From Lingula anatina (taxonomy: Eukaryota; Animalia; Brachiopoda): 64,000 nucleotides of DNA. Position numbers and translations under genes: made by a program. Within the stretch, counting starts at the first letter, position 1, and each line of letters starts with the position of its first letter. Below the pieces are notes generated by a model, which was not told the DNA's origin, searched no databases, and was given only the letters and a program-made list of their open reading frames with translations. The stretch spans positions 36,413,967 through 36,477,966 of the forward strand of contig CM120640.1 of assembly GCA_051362555.1 (NCBI GenBank), given 5' to 3'. Positions 37,093 through 63,449 of the stretch are shown piece after piece.

Positions 37093-39595
37093 TCATTTCT
37101 TCTTGGTGGCGATAATATGACACTCAAGCGTTTCTGCTATTTGCTTGATTTCAATCTCAAATCCAACTTTTCTAAGGATGTTCATTGGTTTCTCAAATCC
37201 CTCGCAGACCTCTTCAAGAGAATGACCTTCAAGGACAGTCTCAGGCTTCTTGTCATCGCCACTGTGACCGTCATCGGACGCGTGGCCATGAGCAAAGACC
37301 TCTCCATGGTGACCGTGCCCTTCGCCCGACTCCCCGTCGTCCCCCAAACTAGCTGGCAAGTCATATAACAAATTAAAGGCGTACATCACTGAAGCGGACG
37401 ACTTACCGTAGTTGTCAGCCAAACGCTCATGAACGTCGAAATCAAACAGGGAGAAAACGCCGCCTGGTGTAAGGATTCGATGGACTTCTGCTAACATTTT
37501 CTCCTGATTTTTTACGTGATGGATGACATCTGACATTGTGACGTAACCAAATGTCTCCGCCCAATTTTCGTGAAGAGATGTTCCGTCAGCAGACATAAAA
37601 GTGACATTGGGCAACATAAGTTCATCAGCTTTGGTCTTAGCAATGGCTACTGTCTCTTCAGAAATGTCTATCCCTGTAACTTTTGTGTTCGGAAACATTC
37701 CAGCAATAAGGTTGGCTCTGTGGCCGGGACCGCAGCCAACATCACAAACCGTGGTTCCATTTTCTGTTTTAAAATAATAATAATAATAATAATAAATTAT
37801 TTCTTTACGTTATGTGCAGGTATAATATCGAGTTTGTTTTTCTTTAAACAGAACTTGAGGGAGAATAAATTTCATTGATCATAAAAGATTGGCGCAGTTA
37901 GTTCTATATTACATTATACACGCATTTGTTATCTTATAACTAAACACCGTTACCTAAGAGTGATTTAGCTAAATTCTCCCTTATTCGTACTATACATGAA
38001 CCATTACCTAGCTGTGTGATGAGCCCAGGAATTTGATTAAGAATAAAACTGAGATGTTTTCTTGAATTGTGCATCATCTTGTTTGTTTCTTCCCAGTAAA
38101 CATCAAGAGCGGCAAACCTCTCATAGTCCACTCCTGTAATATACAAAATACACAGTATTCGTTTCTTTTTTTATAAATGAAATTCCAACTTAATTGTGCT
38201 AATGAAGAACTTAATTGTGCTAATGAAGAACTTAATTGTGCTAATGAAGAAAAAAAAGATAGAAAAAGTAAATAAAAGGGCATTTCCTAGCACAGGGCAT
38301 TTCCTAGCACCTTTGACGAATCCAATGCACTAGTTAGCCTCTTATTATCAATTCTCAATGTGTTCAAAACTATAATATAACACTTTAAACGTTTTCTTTT
38401 CTTAGTGAGCAAGTGTAAGACAGCAGTCCGGTTACTTGCCATTTGGTCCATCTTTTTTCACACATCTCACCACATCTGGATACACAGTGCTGTAGATGGG
38501 CAGCTGCCTCGTGAGACAAGCCAGGTTGTTCTCTGTTGACGTCAGAGAGGGCAGACGATCTTTGGGTAAAAAGAATAGTGTTTCTCCTTTCTCATTTTCT
38601 ACTACCTCCACTATTTTACCTGACACCATTGTCCTCAACCATGCTTTGATATACCTATAAAACAAAGGCAAAGCGGTGGAATTTCATAATGATGGTGTGT
38701 GTGTGTTTGTGCGCTTCCACGCATGTTGATAATCAAGTTTAACTTTAGTTTAAATCATTTTTCCTATCTGAGACCAACAATTTTCTGAACAGGATATTAC
38801 AGACATAATTTAACTGTAGAAAATTTTATCGCTGTTATTTTATTTGTATTTGCCTGTTGTTCAAAATGACTTTGTCGCCTAAATGGATAATCTAGACAAG
38901 TAGACACGGTCTGCATCACATCCCAAAGACCAATCTTGTCGGTAAAATAAATCTGATAATAATCTAAACATGTTTTTGGTCTGAACAACGCACGGTAAGT
39001 ATACATGTATATATTGTTCAAATTCCCCGGGCAAAATATGAGTAGACCTAAAATGATTTCGCGCCAAGAGAAGCAGATACTAAAACGATGAATGAAAAAT
39101 TTTGCGTTCATACTGCCTGAATTGGAGGTTTACTTTTGTTCCAATGAACGCATGATCATTGCATTTTTTGTCATTTTAATTTCTGAAAATGGTCTCCTTG
39201 GGCCGCATATACAGAAATGGGTTCAAGGTTATTCACAAGGTCATATATATTGATGACGCGACCTTATATCTATCTTCAATAATGTATGGCCCTGGTAGGC
39301 CCACTGGTATTGAAACCATCCACTAGCTGTTACATATACATGTATGTTTATATCTATAATATTACCCCTCTTTACACCCGGCGGTCTCAGCTATGACTCT
39401 GCATGACTTTGGTTCGTCAAACTCCCCCAGTACATCAAAGAGACGGAGCTCGTGTCCAAGCGCGATGGACAAGCAAGTATGTCCCTTAGAGACGACATCA
39501 GCCATGTAGGCACGGAAATCTTCCGTTGCATCTCGATCTTGTTCTTGGGTATAGAGGCTTTCCTTACACCTCTTTTTACTGGACATTCCAGCCAT
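37093..39595 (-). CDS. Rv2258c-like class I SAM-dependent methyltransferase (N-terminal winged-helix + Rossmann MTase), ~413 aa
   Basis: Exons 39595-39366, 38654-38440, 38133-38008, 37763-37093 (1242 nt, in phase; intron 2 is GC-AG). N-terminus: SIALGHELRLFD...IAETAGCKEGYIKAWL..MVSGKIVE. Motif I VCDVGCGPG, post-I VTGIDIS, DVIHH, LAEVHRILTPGGVFSLFD. Confidence 0.88.
38187..38310. repeat. Intronic tandem repeats: 21-bp aacttaattgtgctaatgaag x3 (38187-38249) and 17-bp agggcatttcctagcac x2 (38277-38310)
   Basis: Perfect copies read directly from the sequence. Confidence 0.92.
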
Positions 39596-41482
39596 ACTTA
39601 ATAGTATGCGTGATTGTTCTAAAATGCACTTGTTGTGAGAAGTCTATATTGATCAGAAAACAAATATCGCGACCCACTTTTTAATGTCGGTGCAGGTAAC
39701 ACCCAGGTAAATCGTGTTAACCTATTTTTTGGCCTACCTACGTGCAAATCTGGAATTTGAAGAAAACAGCCCTGAACAAAGCGCGCCTAGGGGAGGACGA
39801 ACACTATTACTGACTCTTTATATGTAAACCCATTTAACATTTTTTATTTTATTAAATTTAAGCGAGCAGAAGAATTTTTTGTCCAAGTGAACTTTAACTT
39901 ACATCAGTCTAGTAATTTTAATCACAGAAAAGACATTTCCTAGATTTATTTATTTTAACACAAAAACACATAAATGGGTTAAATTTAATACCTTCGTTAC
40001 TGTCCCACCATCTCACATTCTCCAATGGATCTAGTTTATCTTTACTAAACTAAAATATTGCATCTTCTCAGAAAGCGAGTATGATGTCTAAGAATGTTTA
40101 TTTAAATAATGCAATAAATAGCTAGCGGCTATTTTCGCGGTGTCGCCCTGCTTTTAAAATTAAAAAAATAACTTTTTAAAATTGAGGTCTTTTTTTTTTA
40201 GTTTGACGTTTTTTGTAACATTTTAGTCATTAATAAATCTTCAGTTCAGTTACATCCATGATTAGCTAGAGGATATGGTGACAGGGCAGTCAAATGTTTG
40301 ACACGAAACACGGCAAAACCCCTTTCTCAATTTGCAAAACCTTCGTTACCAGATGTGAAAAATATACTCAAGGTTGAGGACATAATGCCAGTAAAATAAA
40401 CGTGCATCTCCTAATACCTCTTTAGCACAGTCTATTATTAATAACGTGCAAATAAAGGGATGTTATTTTCAAAACTTCCGTTACTAAAACCTTCGTTACT
40501 AAAGTATTTTAGCGAATACTGAATGAAGTACTATGGACACCATTTGCAATGTCGTTCTTGTATCACAACATGGAAGATTGATTAAAAAGAAAGATGAGAC
40601 ATGAAAGGCAAGCTGATAGTCGGAAAAAAAGATTGGATTTATATTTAGAAGGAAAAGTTTAGACATTTCACCTGTGGGAACTGAACACCGGGAATAGTTT
40701 ATTTTACGACAAGGTTACATACGTAGCTTTAGAATTCTTACATGGAAAGATACAATAGTTGTAATATAGTTGGTAAAACGTTTATTGCGATTATGATGAT
40801 GACGAAGAATGATGGATTAAAAATATTGATGATTATTTCACGTTTAGGAGAATGTACTTAATCAGACCATAGCAGCTACTACTGAGAGGACGAGACAAGC
40901 GAATTCTTAATTGACCTGCTAAAAATAATACAAATGTGACATGAACTCATAAAGCACGTATAAGAATTGTGACGTTTTTTAAACATAAGGTACAATCTTC
41001 TCCCATTTTCAGTGATACCATGTAATGATGTAATCCCAGTTGCACTATCCTTGTAGATCTTTGTAATATAATGTGGAGAACAATTAATGTGCACCTCCAT
41101 CTTTAACCTCTTTAACCTCTAAGTCTTTGAAAAAAGTCAGCAAGGGAGTCACTAACAGACTTATTATATTCCTTTCCTGTAGAAATGGTGTCATGGATTC
41201 TGACATAATACAATGCAGTTATTGAGGTAGCTACTAATTTCTTCTTCCTGTTGGGGGAAATCATGATCTAAGAATATACAATTACTTTTGAACGAAACTT
41301 TTTTTTTGTTTTTCTTTAACATTTCATAAATGAATTTTTAACTAGTCTTGGCTTAGGTTTCTTATCATAATCTACATTAATTGCTAAACTTGATTGCATC
41401 CATGTACATCTATTTAAAAGAGTTTTCTGCCTTATTATGATAGATTCTTAGCCATTGGTGGCCTGAAGGGCCAATAGGATGC

Positions 41483-42701
41483 CTAGGTACATGTAGGTGC
41501 TGTCTGGCTGGCGTCTTTTTTCTTTTTCTTGAGTGACAGGCCCCGTCTGAACAAAAACCTTCTGACCCAACCCCTTGAAGCTTTGAAGTCAATGCCTCTT
41601 TCTGCAGCAAGTTTAAGTGCTTGATTGCAGATTGCCTCCAAAGAGATTGGGATATGCAGGTCCATCTGCTCCACACACCAGTTGCCAAGTTTTTCCTCCG
41701 TCTCCTTTCCCAGAATGCAGGCCCTACCACCACCTATTCTCCTCCCGTTGCTCCTTCTGACCACACCCTCTTCGGCAAGATCCTTCTTCCAAGTGCAGAT
41801 AGTTGACCGTGGAATATTCACAGTTCTGGCAATGTTGCAGGTACCATACATGGCTACCAACTCAATAAGCTCCTGCTTTTCTGCCAAACTATACGCCTTG
41901 TACTTCCCCCGCTTCGATTGCAGTCTGTCCTCTGATACTCGTTTCGACTTTTTCCGTTGTTTCTTTGTTGTAGTTGAAAAAGATTCATTAGTCTCCTCGG
42001 CAGCACTTGCTCTAGCCTTGAAAAAGGTTTGCAGTGCACCCTCTGGTAAAGTTTTGAATTTCTTCTTCTTTACAGGTTGTTTGTCTGAAGTAGTCTGCTT
42101 TCTAGCACTTGCTCTAGCCTTGAAAAAGCCTTCAAGAGCACCCTCCGGTAATGTTTTAGACTTCTTATGCTTCCTTACACGTGTTTTCTCTGGTGTAGTT
42201 GACAGAACTGTATTGGCTTCCTCGCCAGCAGATGTGTGCAGCGCATTGTCTGGGACTTGTTTCAGCTTCTTCCGTTTTACAGGCCGTTTTTTGGGCAAGG
42301 GCGGCAAAGGTTCATTATTCTCTTCTCCATCACTTGCTCTATCTCTGAAAAATGTATTTGTTGTGTATCTTTTGTTGTTTAATAGTGTGTGTAGAATTTG
42401 ATCGGCTTTATATGCACCATAAGTTTGTGCCATGCTTGTAAATGGCTAATAATCACTTTGCTAATTTTTTCTCATTCAAACATTCCAGGGAGAACCAACT
42501 TTGTAGTTCAATGCAGCTATAAAGATCTAAGTATTTTGAAAAGAGAAGCAGTATCCAACAGCAGTGGTAGTTTAAGGCAAAATCCACATTACCAAGGTTA
42601 ATGGTACAAACACCACCAATACACTTGCCTAATTGTACTGTGCAAAGCTGACTGCTCAAATTTAACATACAATATGACATAAACTTTGGCAATCTCAACA
42701 A

Positions 42702-42736
<35 letters not shown>

Positions 42737-45501
42737 AGGTAATATATCTTTTTAAACAAAACAAATGTTTAAAACAGTTATTATAGTTTACATGTAAATT
42801 AAGACATGGAGAGAGTGCTTACAATTTCCCCAGTCTACTAGTGGCATCCTCATACACAGTGAGTAATGCACTTTTCTGACTATCACTGAGGTCTTGCATT
42901 CCCTCCAGAGCAGCTTTCACTGCTGAGGATACTTTGTCCAGTGGAATCTCATAATCAAAAGGAATGGGGAGAGGCTGGCGGTGCTGTGTTTGCCAGGACT
43001 TATCCTCTGCCACATGCCCATTCAGAGGGAGACTACTGAAAAATATTCCCAAAATTTAACCTGTTTGCACAGTCTTAAAGCCAAATTTATGTGATATTAA
43101 GCCTTTAAATATCTTCTTTACTTAAAAATAAGAATAGAGGTACAATTGAGTCACAGAATCACAAATTGTTCTCTAACTTTTTTGTGTGGACCAGCATCCC
43201 CCCCCCCCCCCCCCAAGAAAAATTACTCAGAAAATGCATTTGAGTTTGCCTTTTTTGCACGTTCTAAAAAAAGTACAAAAGAAGCATGCTTCAACCATAT
43301 TTGCACTGTTTACATTAAAAAATTCTTAGAAATGATAATAAGGTCCCAGCATTCATCAATTCAAAATGGTGTTTGTTTCCATTCTGGCAGCTGTTAATGT
43401 GTATATAAAAATTACCCTGCAATGTTCTCCACAAGCTCTGCACTAGGAGCACAGTGACATGCAGTTTGATGCTCCAATTCTTCAAGGGCTTCTGCAGCAC
43501 TGACAGCTGATTCTTCTGTTGTAGATACAGCCTCGGTAAAATCATCAGACAAAACTATTTTCACTCCATCTGCCACTTTGTAAAATGTCTCCGCTTCATC
43601 TGATAAGTCATTTTCTTCGTCTCCAAGTGGAACACAATTAGTCTGCTCCATTTCATGATTAATGTTCTCTGTTGCACCATTGGGATTCTCAGGAAGAGTA
43701 CTGAAAAATATTCCCTAAAACTGAGAATATATGGAAGATCACTTAGTCTTTAAGGGATGCTGTATGTGTTACTTTTTAAGCCAATATATCTTTATGCAAG
43801 TGAACAAAGTGAGCACTCAAAAAAGAAAAATACATGAATATAGATAAAGTATGGAGTCATTAAAAATCACAACAAAATAATGATCTCACTGTAAGGTTGC
43901 CTAGAAAGCACAAAATTAAGAAGTTCAACATGACTAAAATACAGGTACGCTGAAAGCGAATAGAGAAAACTGACAATTTCTGAAGTCACAATTAAGTTTA
44001 ATACTAATTTTCTAGAATACCATGATTGCAATATTCTGTCAAATGATGATTGACTGTAGTAACAGAATACATACCTTTCAATATTTTCCACAGGGGCACA
44101 TAGAGTGAGAGGTTTCAGTTGTGTGAGGGCTCCTGTTGAAGATGAAGTGATAACTGACACATCTGTTGTAGCAATAGCTATCACTTTCCCCTTGTTTGGG
44201 AGATCCTCTAAGAAGTCAATATCAATAAAATCCTCCCATTCATGATTGAATACTTGTAAAGTGAGTGATGTTTCTGGCAGCAGATTAAACGCTTCTTTTA
44301 TTTCACTATAGATATCCGCCTTCCTTTCAATCTTAATGACTTTTTTGTGGCCCCCACAGTCTACCAGGTAGGAAAACCCTACAACTAGAAAATAAATAAA
44401 TAAATAAATAAATAAAGAAATAAATAAATAAATAAATTCAAGTCCAACTGACTAAGGCCATTAGTCAAGGTGAGCAGCAGGCTTATTATAATGCTATTTC
44501 AATAAGTTGAAATGTCACAATTCATTATGACTGGACAATGTATATAGTAGAAATCATAAAATAGGATAGGCATTTTGATATGGTGACAGTTGAAAAATAA
44601 ATACAGAAAACCTTCCTCATTAGCAACTATATTTACATGCTTAGATATAATATAAAAAAAAAAACGGTCTCTCACCAGCAGGTTCATCCCTTTTCCCTGA
44701 TTTAACATCTGGATACACATGGTCTTTAACAGGAAACTGTCTAGAGAGACCGGCCAGGTTGTTCTCTGTTGATGTTAGAAATGGAAGACGATATTTTGGT
44801 AAATAGTAATATGTTTCCCCTTCCTCACTCTCCACAACCTCCACTATTTTCCCTGACACCATTGACTTCAACCAAGATTTGATATACCTAGAAGACAAAG
44901 GGAGGTAATGTTTATTGTTGGATGTTACACTTTTTGCAGTGAAGAACTAGCTGAAAAGAATATTGAATGGAATGTTACATAAAATCACTTGAAGATTGAA
45001 AAAAGCCATAGAGATCTACTAATATGGCAAGTCAGCATTTAAATCTTTGGTTCTAGAAATATTAATGAGCCGTTGATGAGCATTACTGTGTCGGACAACA
45101 GCCAGTCGCGTATCACTTGCAAGTATTTCAACCAGTTAAATTCAGAAAGACCCTTACTGTTATCTACATTTTCTGTAGTGAGTGCAGTGGCAATAGTTAA
45201 TATATCTTCCATATTCTAACAAAAGAGTACACTTCTGTGAAGTTTACCACTACTCATTCGGACTATTCACTTACGACTCTTCGCTTCCGACGGCCTCAGC
45301 TATATCCAAGCACGACTTCGGTTCGTCGAATCCCCCCAGTAAATCAAACAGACGTAGCTCGTGTCCAAGAGCAATGGACAAACAAATTTGCCCTTTGGAG
45401 ACAACATCAGCCATGTAGGCACGGAAATCTTCCGTGGCATTTCCTCTCCGATTCTGCGATGTTTTGGGACTAGATAGTCGCTTCCTTTTGCCGCTTGCCA
45501 T
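41483..45501 (-). CDS. Chimeric protein (~702 aa): Rv2258c-like MTase N-terminal winged-helix + PB1/ubiquitin-like domain + acidic linker + SAMD3-like segment + basic repeats + pogo/CENP-B-type double HTH DNA-binding domain
   Basis: Six GT-AG exons 45501-45275, 44887-44676, 44384-44075, 43700-43416, 43035-42823, 42344-41483 total 2109 nt, with compatible phases (2,1,2,2,2) and no internal stop. Exons 1-2 are paralogous to exons 1-2 of the 37093-39595 gene. The last exon has YKAYSLAEKQELI...IARTVNIPRSTICTWKK and EEKLGNWCVEQ...ISLEAICNQALKLA...FKASRGWVRRFLFRRGLSL. The joining of exons is predicted, not shown by transcripts. Confidence 0.7.
41525..41910 (-). mobile_element. pogo/Tigger transposase-derived DNA-binding module (HTH_psq/Brinker-like + HTH_Tnp_Tc5), no DDE domain
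   Basis: FKASRGW..RF..R.GLS signature of the CENP-B/Tc5 HTH, preceded by a first HTH (IARTVNIPRSTICTWKK) and a GGGR linker. The ORF stops ~15 aa later. No TIRs were recognised. Confidence 0.8.
44390..44437. repeat. (TAAA)n microsatellite forming the pyrimidine-rich tract of the chimeric gene's exon 3 acceptor
   Basis: Read directly; abuts the ctag acceptor at 44385-44386 on the minus strand. Confidence 0.85.
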
Positions 45502-48345
45502 ACTGCCACCATACTCCGCTAGAGGTCACTCTGATCCAAGATGGATAGATGTCGACTCTGTGCAGCAGGTTGGCTTTTCTCTACTGCTTTTCCAAAGAGC
45601 TCACTGAGAAGTGGGCCATCGGCTATTTCACGGGTAGTAACAAAGTGTGTGAAAAATATTATCCTAAATTTAGCGCAAAGATACCTATGCACATTCAGGC
45701 TAATATCTATTATTGAAGCAGGAAAATGCAGGCACAGTTAGCTATTGAGGAATTTGAAACCCACTCATAAGTCAAAAAACAATTTTTTAATTTCGTACCA
45801 AACTTACTTGGTTACACACACATACACTCACAAAAGAAAAAAAATCCTGAGAAAAGGACTTATGATGAAATTAATATATACTTTACTTTCACATGATTTT
45901 TTATCAAAATATCTACATCTAACAAAAAGCTTCTCCCATTGGATCCATCCTACATGTCAAAAAACGAAAAAAAGAATTGCTAACGCAAGAATATTAGTGC
46001 ATTTTAAATCTTATCTTTTGTTATAGATAAATAGTCTCATTTTTTGCATGCAATGACTTTTTTACAAGTAAAGTAGATTCTGATTGATTTTTGAGGTCCA
46101 TCTCTTTTGCTACCCACTTACAATACCCATCCGATGCCTCGTTTCCATACATGCGCCTTTCTTTGAAATGGCATTCAAAATTATCAGCTCTTACGCACGT
46201 GTGCACGATTGTTGGATTTAACAATTTTATCAGCTATATTGAATGTCGTCTATCCTCAAATTGCGGATTAACTTAATCACATTTTGCATTTCACATTTGA
46301 AAAATAATGCAGTAAAACAACACAAACATGCTGTCATATTTAAACAATAACATTTTATTTTCTGTCCCACACAGTACATGTCATGCAGCCGCACCACAAA
46401 GTACAGATATGGAGCGAAATACTTCATTTTCATACATAACATTTCAATATACAGCATATACACAATCGTTGGTGGTGGCGGTGGTGGTGGTGAAAATCAG
46501 TTCTCCCAGCTTTTTGTGTAGTGCACCTGATATTAAAAAGAAAAGCGGGCTCACGGCAGTGCCAGGTGACCAGAACATATGCGCTACACCTGTATAACGG
46601 GAAGACAATAAATGTGACTGAAGCCCATAGATGCTATACTCAACTTTCAAGCTCTTGGCGAGATTTGCACACAAATGAAAGATGATATCAAACTTATACG
46701 TCATCATAAACACCATGTGCACTACAGGTGGTATACAATGTTAACTTTGACCTATTTGTAAAAACTCTTAACTAATGAATGAACAACTTGATCATGTAGC
46801 CTGGGGGCAAGGTTGGTGTATAATATTCATTACCAAATAACAGAAGACTGTTAGGGTTAACATTAATAAGTTGTGTGAAATTCTGTTTAAAGATAATTTA
46901 TTTTGTTATTCTAATTTCTAACCAACTCTCAAATTGTGAAGATATTTTCCCATCTAAAACACTAATTTTTTTACCTAGCAGTGTGTTTATAATAACTGTG
47001 CTTCCTTGTGCACATCTCACATTCTGGATTTAATGGAAGGAATTACTACTTAAACAAGAATATAATTCAATAACTATTCTACCATCCAAACCTATTGTTA
47101 ACTACTGATACAAATGGTTTGGTCAGTTTCAAACTTTGGCATTTCCTTTTCTCTGCCTTTCTTTTAAATGCTATATACAAGCACTGAAAAGTCGCTAATA
47201 ATACTTATCATTCAAAATGCATTTCACAAATAAAAGCTACATTAGAAGTCATTATATACAATTCTGCAAAATTTGATGAAGCCCTTCAAGTTGCCACACA
47301 CCATATCTTTTAGTAGAATTTACACCAGCTACAGTGAAATTACAATTCACAGTATACTCAATTCAGGCCACTTACTCAAGCAGAAAATAATTTAAGTGCA
47401 GATAAGCTTGCTAGTGACAACATATTAAGCCATTTCAAATTTGACTGTAGAAGCTAGAGCACCTGAAGAAGGTCAACGTGACCTTGAAAATCAGCAAAGC
47501 ACAGCTCCAATTGGATTTCAATAACTTTATCACAAGTAACTCCTCATTCATGAAAGTTTTCCAATCACTAGAAGAAATATATGCTTCTGACCAAAGTGTC
47601 CTTCAATTATTTGGCTCCATATCATGATCTGTGATACAAAAGAGAAAACCTTTTTTAACTAAACCATTCTCATTCTAATGACTTGGGAGAATACACTGAC
47701 ATCTGTTAAGTGAAACATGTTTAAGAATGATAATTACTCAAAATGTAAAAATTAGTTTTCCCCCCTAATCAACTCTCTCCATTCATTCAAGATAACAAAA
47801 GTCAAGTCAAATCCCACAGGTTCAGTGCGTCTTTCCATACAATGGAAAACCTTCATTAAATAGTAATTGCAAATGTAATACTCGTTTCTTATTGGCAAAC
47901 ACTCCTGAAAGTTTATGGATAATCAAGAGGAACGCTGAGAGATGGATATGGTCATCTTATTCTAGCAATACACAGGATTAAGGAGACGATATATATAGTC
48001 TTCTTTTCCAATATGACTGATCACCGTGTTATGACCGTTTTCCACAGCACTGTTCAGTCCAATATGAGGCCTTTTTAAAAAGATAAAAAAATTGCTATGA
48101 ACACTGAATGTTGTGTCATTGTACTGGTATATATATATATATTTTTATATATATTGTTCCTCTGATTTTCCACTTTTCTGTTGTTTTTTTTTTCAATCCA
48201 CTGGTAAGCAGCATTCCAAGGTGAAAAGCTTCCACCACAGCATCCAGGCGTAACTTTGCCCATACACATGGTCAATGTCCTTGGTTTAAAAGGGAAAATT
48301 CTTTAAATTTTACCCTCTTCATCGTTTTAATCATATTGCAACAGT

Positions 48346-52633
<4,288 letters not shown>

Positions 52634-53164
52634 TGTTTTTCTCTCGGTTTTTCAGTTATAAGACAATTCTTTTGATTATTAACGCCCCCTGAATTGCAAC
52701 AGGAGGGGGCAAGTAAACAAGCCTGACAACTAATTTGCCAGGGACGAAACAGCAACTGAGCACAACACTGTTGCGAAACTGATCAATTTCCTTTAGCTCC
52801 TCGTACTGCAGCTCAATCCAGCATGGTAATATTCGGGGAGAGAGTCAATCACATTGAGAAGAAGCGCATCGATAACGATGTAAACATATATTCCAGGAAG
52901 TACAGTAGCCAATTTTTCTCAATATGGCCGACCACTTTCGGGGATTTCCAAAACGAGATCACGGTGGGTGATAGTCTCAACGCTGTTATCTTATTTCTCA
53001 ATTTTAGTAAACATTAGTAGTATTCTTCATCCTATATAATTGATACATTATTATTAAAACAGACAACATAATAATTTTAACTTTATGCACCAAGGTAGAA
53101 TTTTTATGGTCTTATTTGTTGAATATGATGAAGACTAAAGTCAAATGAAGGTCAAGGTGCCAAT
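52634..53164. promoter_or_regulatory. Probable bidirectional promoter shared by Crk and Nup210
   Basis: Divergent start codons 531 bp apart. YY1-like AATATGGCG overlaps the Nup210 ATG (53162-53170); AATATGGCC at 52921. Confidence 0.6.

Positions 53165-63449
<10,285 letters not shown>

Noticed and set aside
38187-38249. 21-bp x3 repeat as a CRISPR-like array
   Set aside because: Head-to-tail copies with no spacers, inside a eukaryotic intron.
41625-42401. 258-aa plus-strand ORF
   Set aside because: It is the antisense shadow of the Lys-rich pogo-derived exon: Phe/Leu/Ser-rich with no domain motifs.
42345-42433. ATG at 42433 as the start of a stand-alone 316-aa transposase ORF
   Set aside because: A good acceptor (acatttttcag|) at 42345 joins upstream exon 5 in frame, and there is no DDE domain or TIR, so this is not an autonomous element. 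A stand-alone start cannot be fully excluded.
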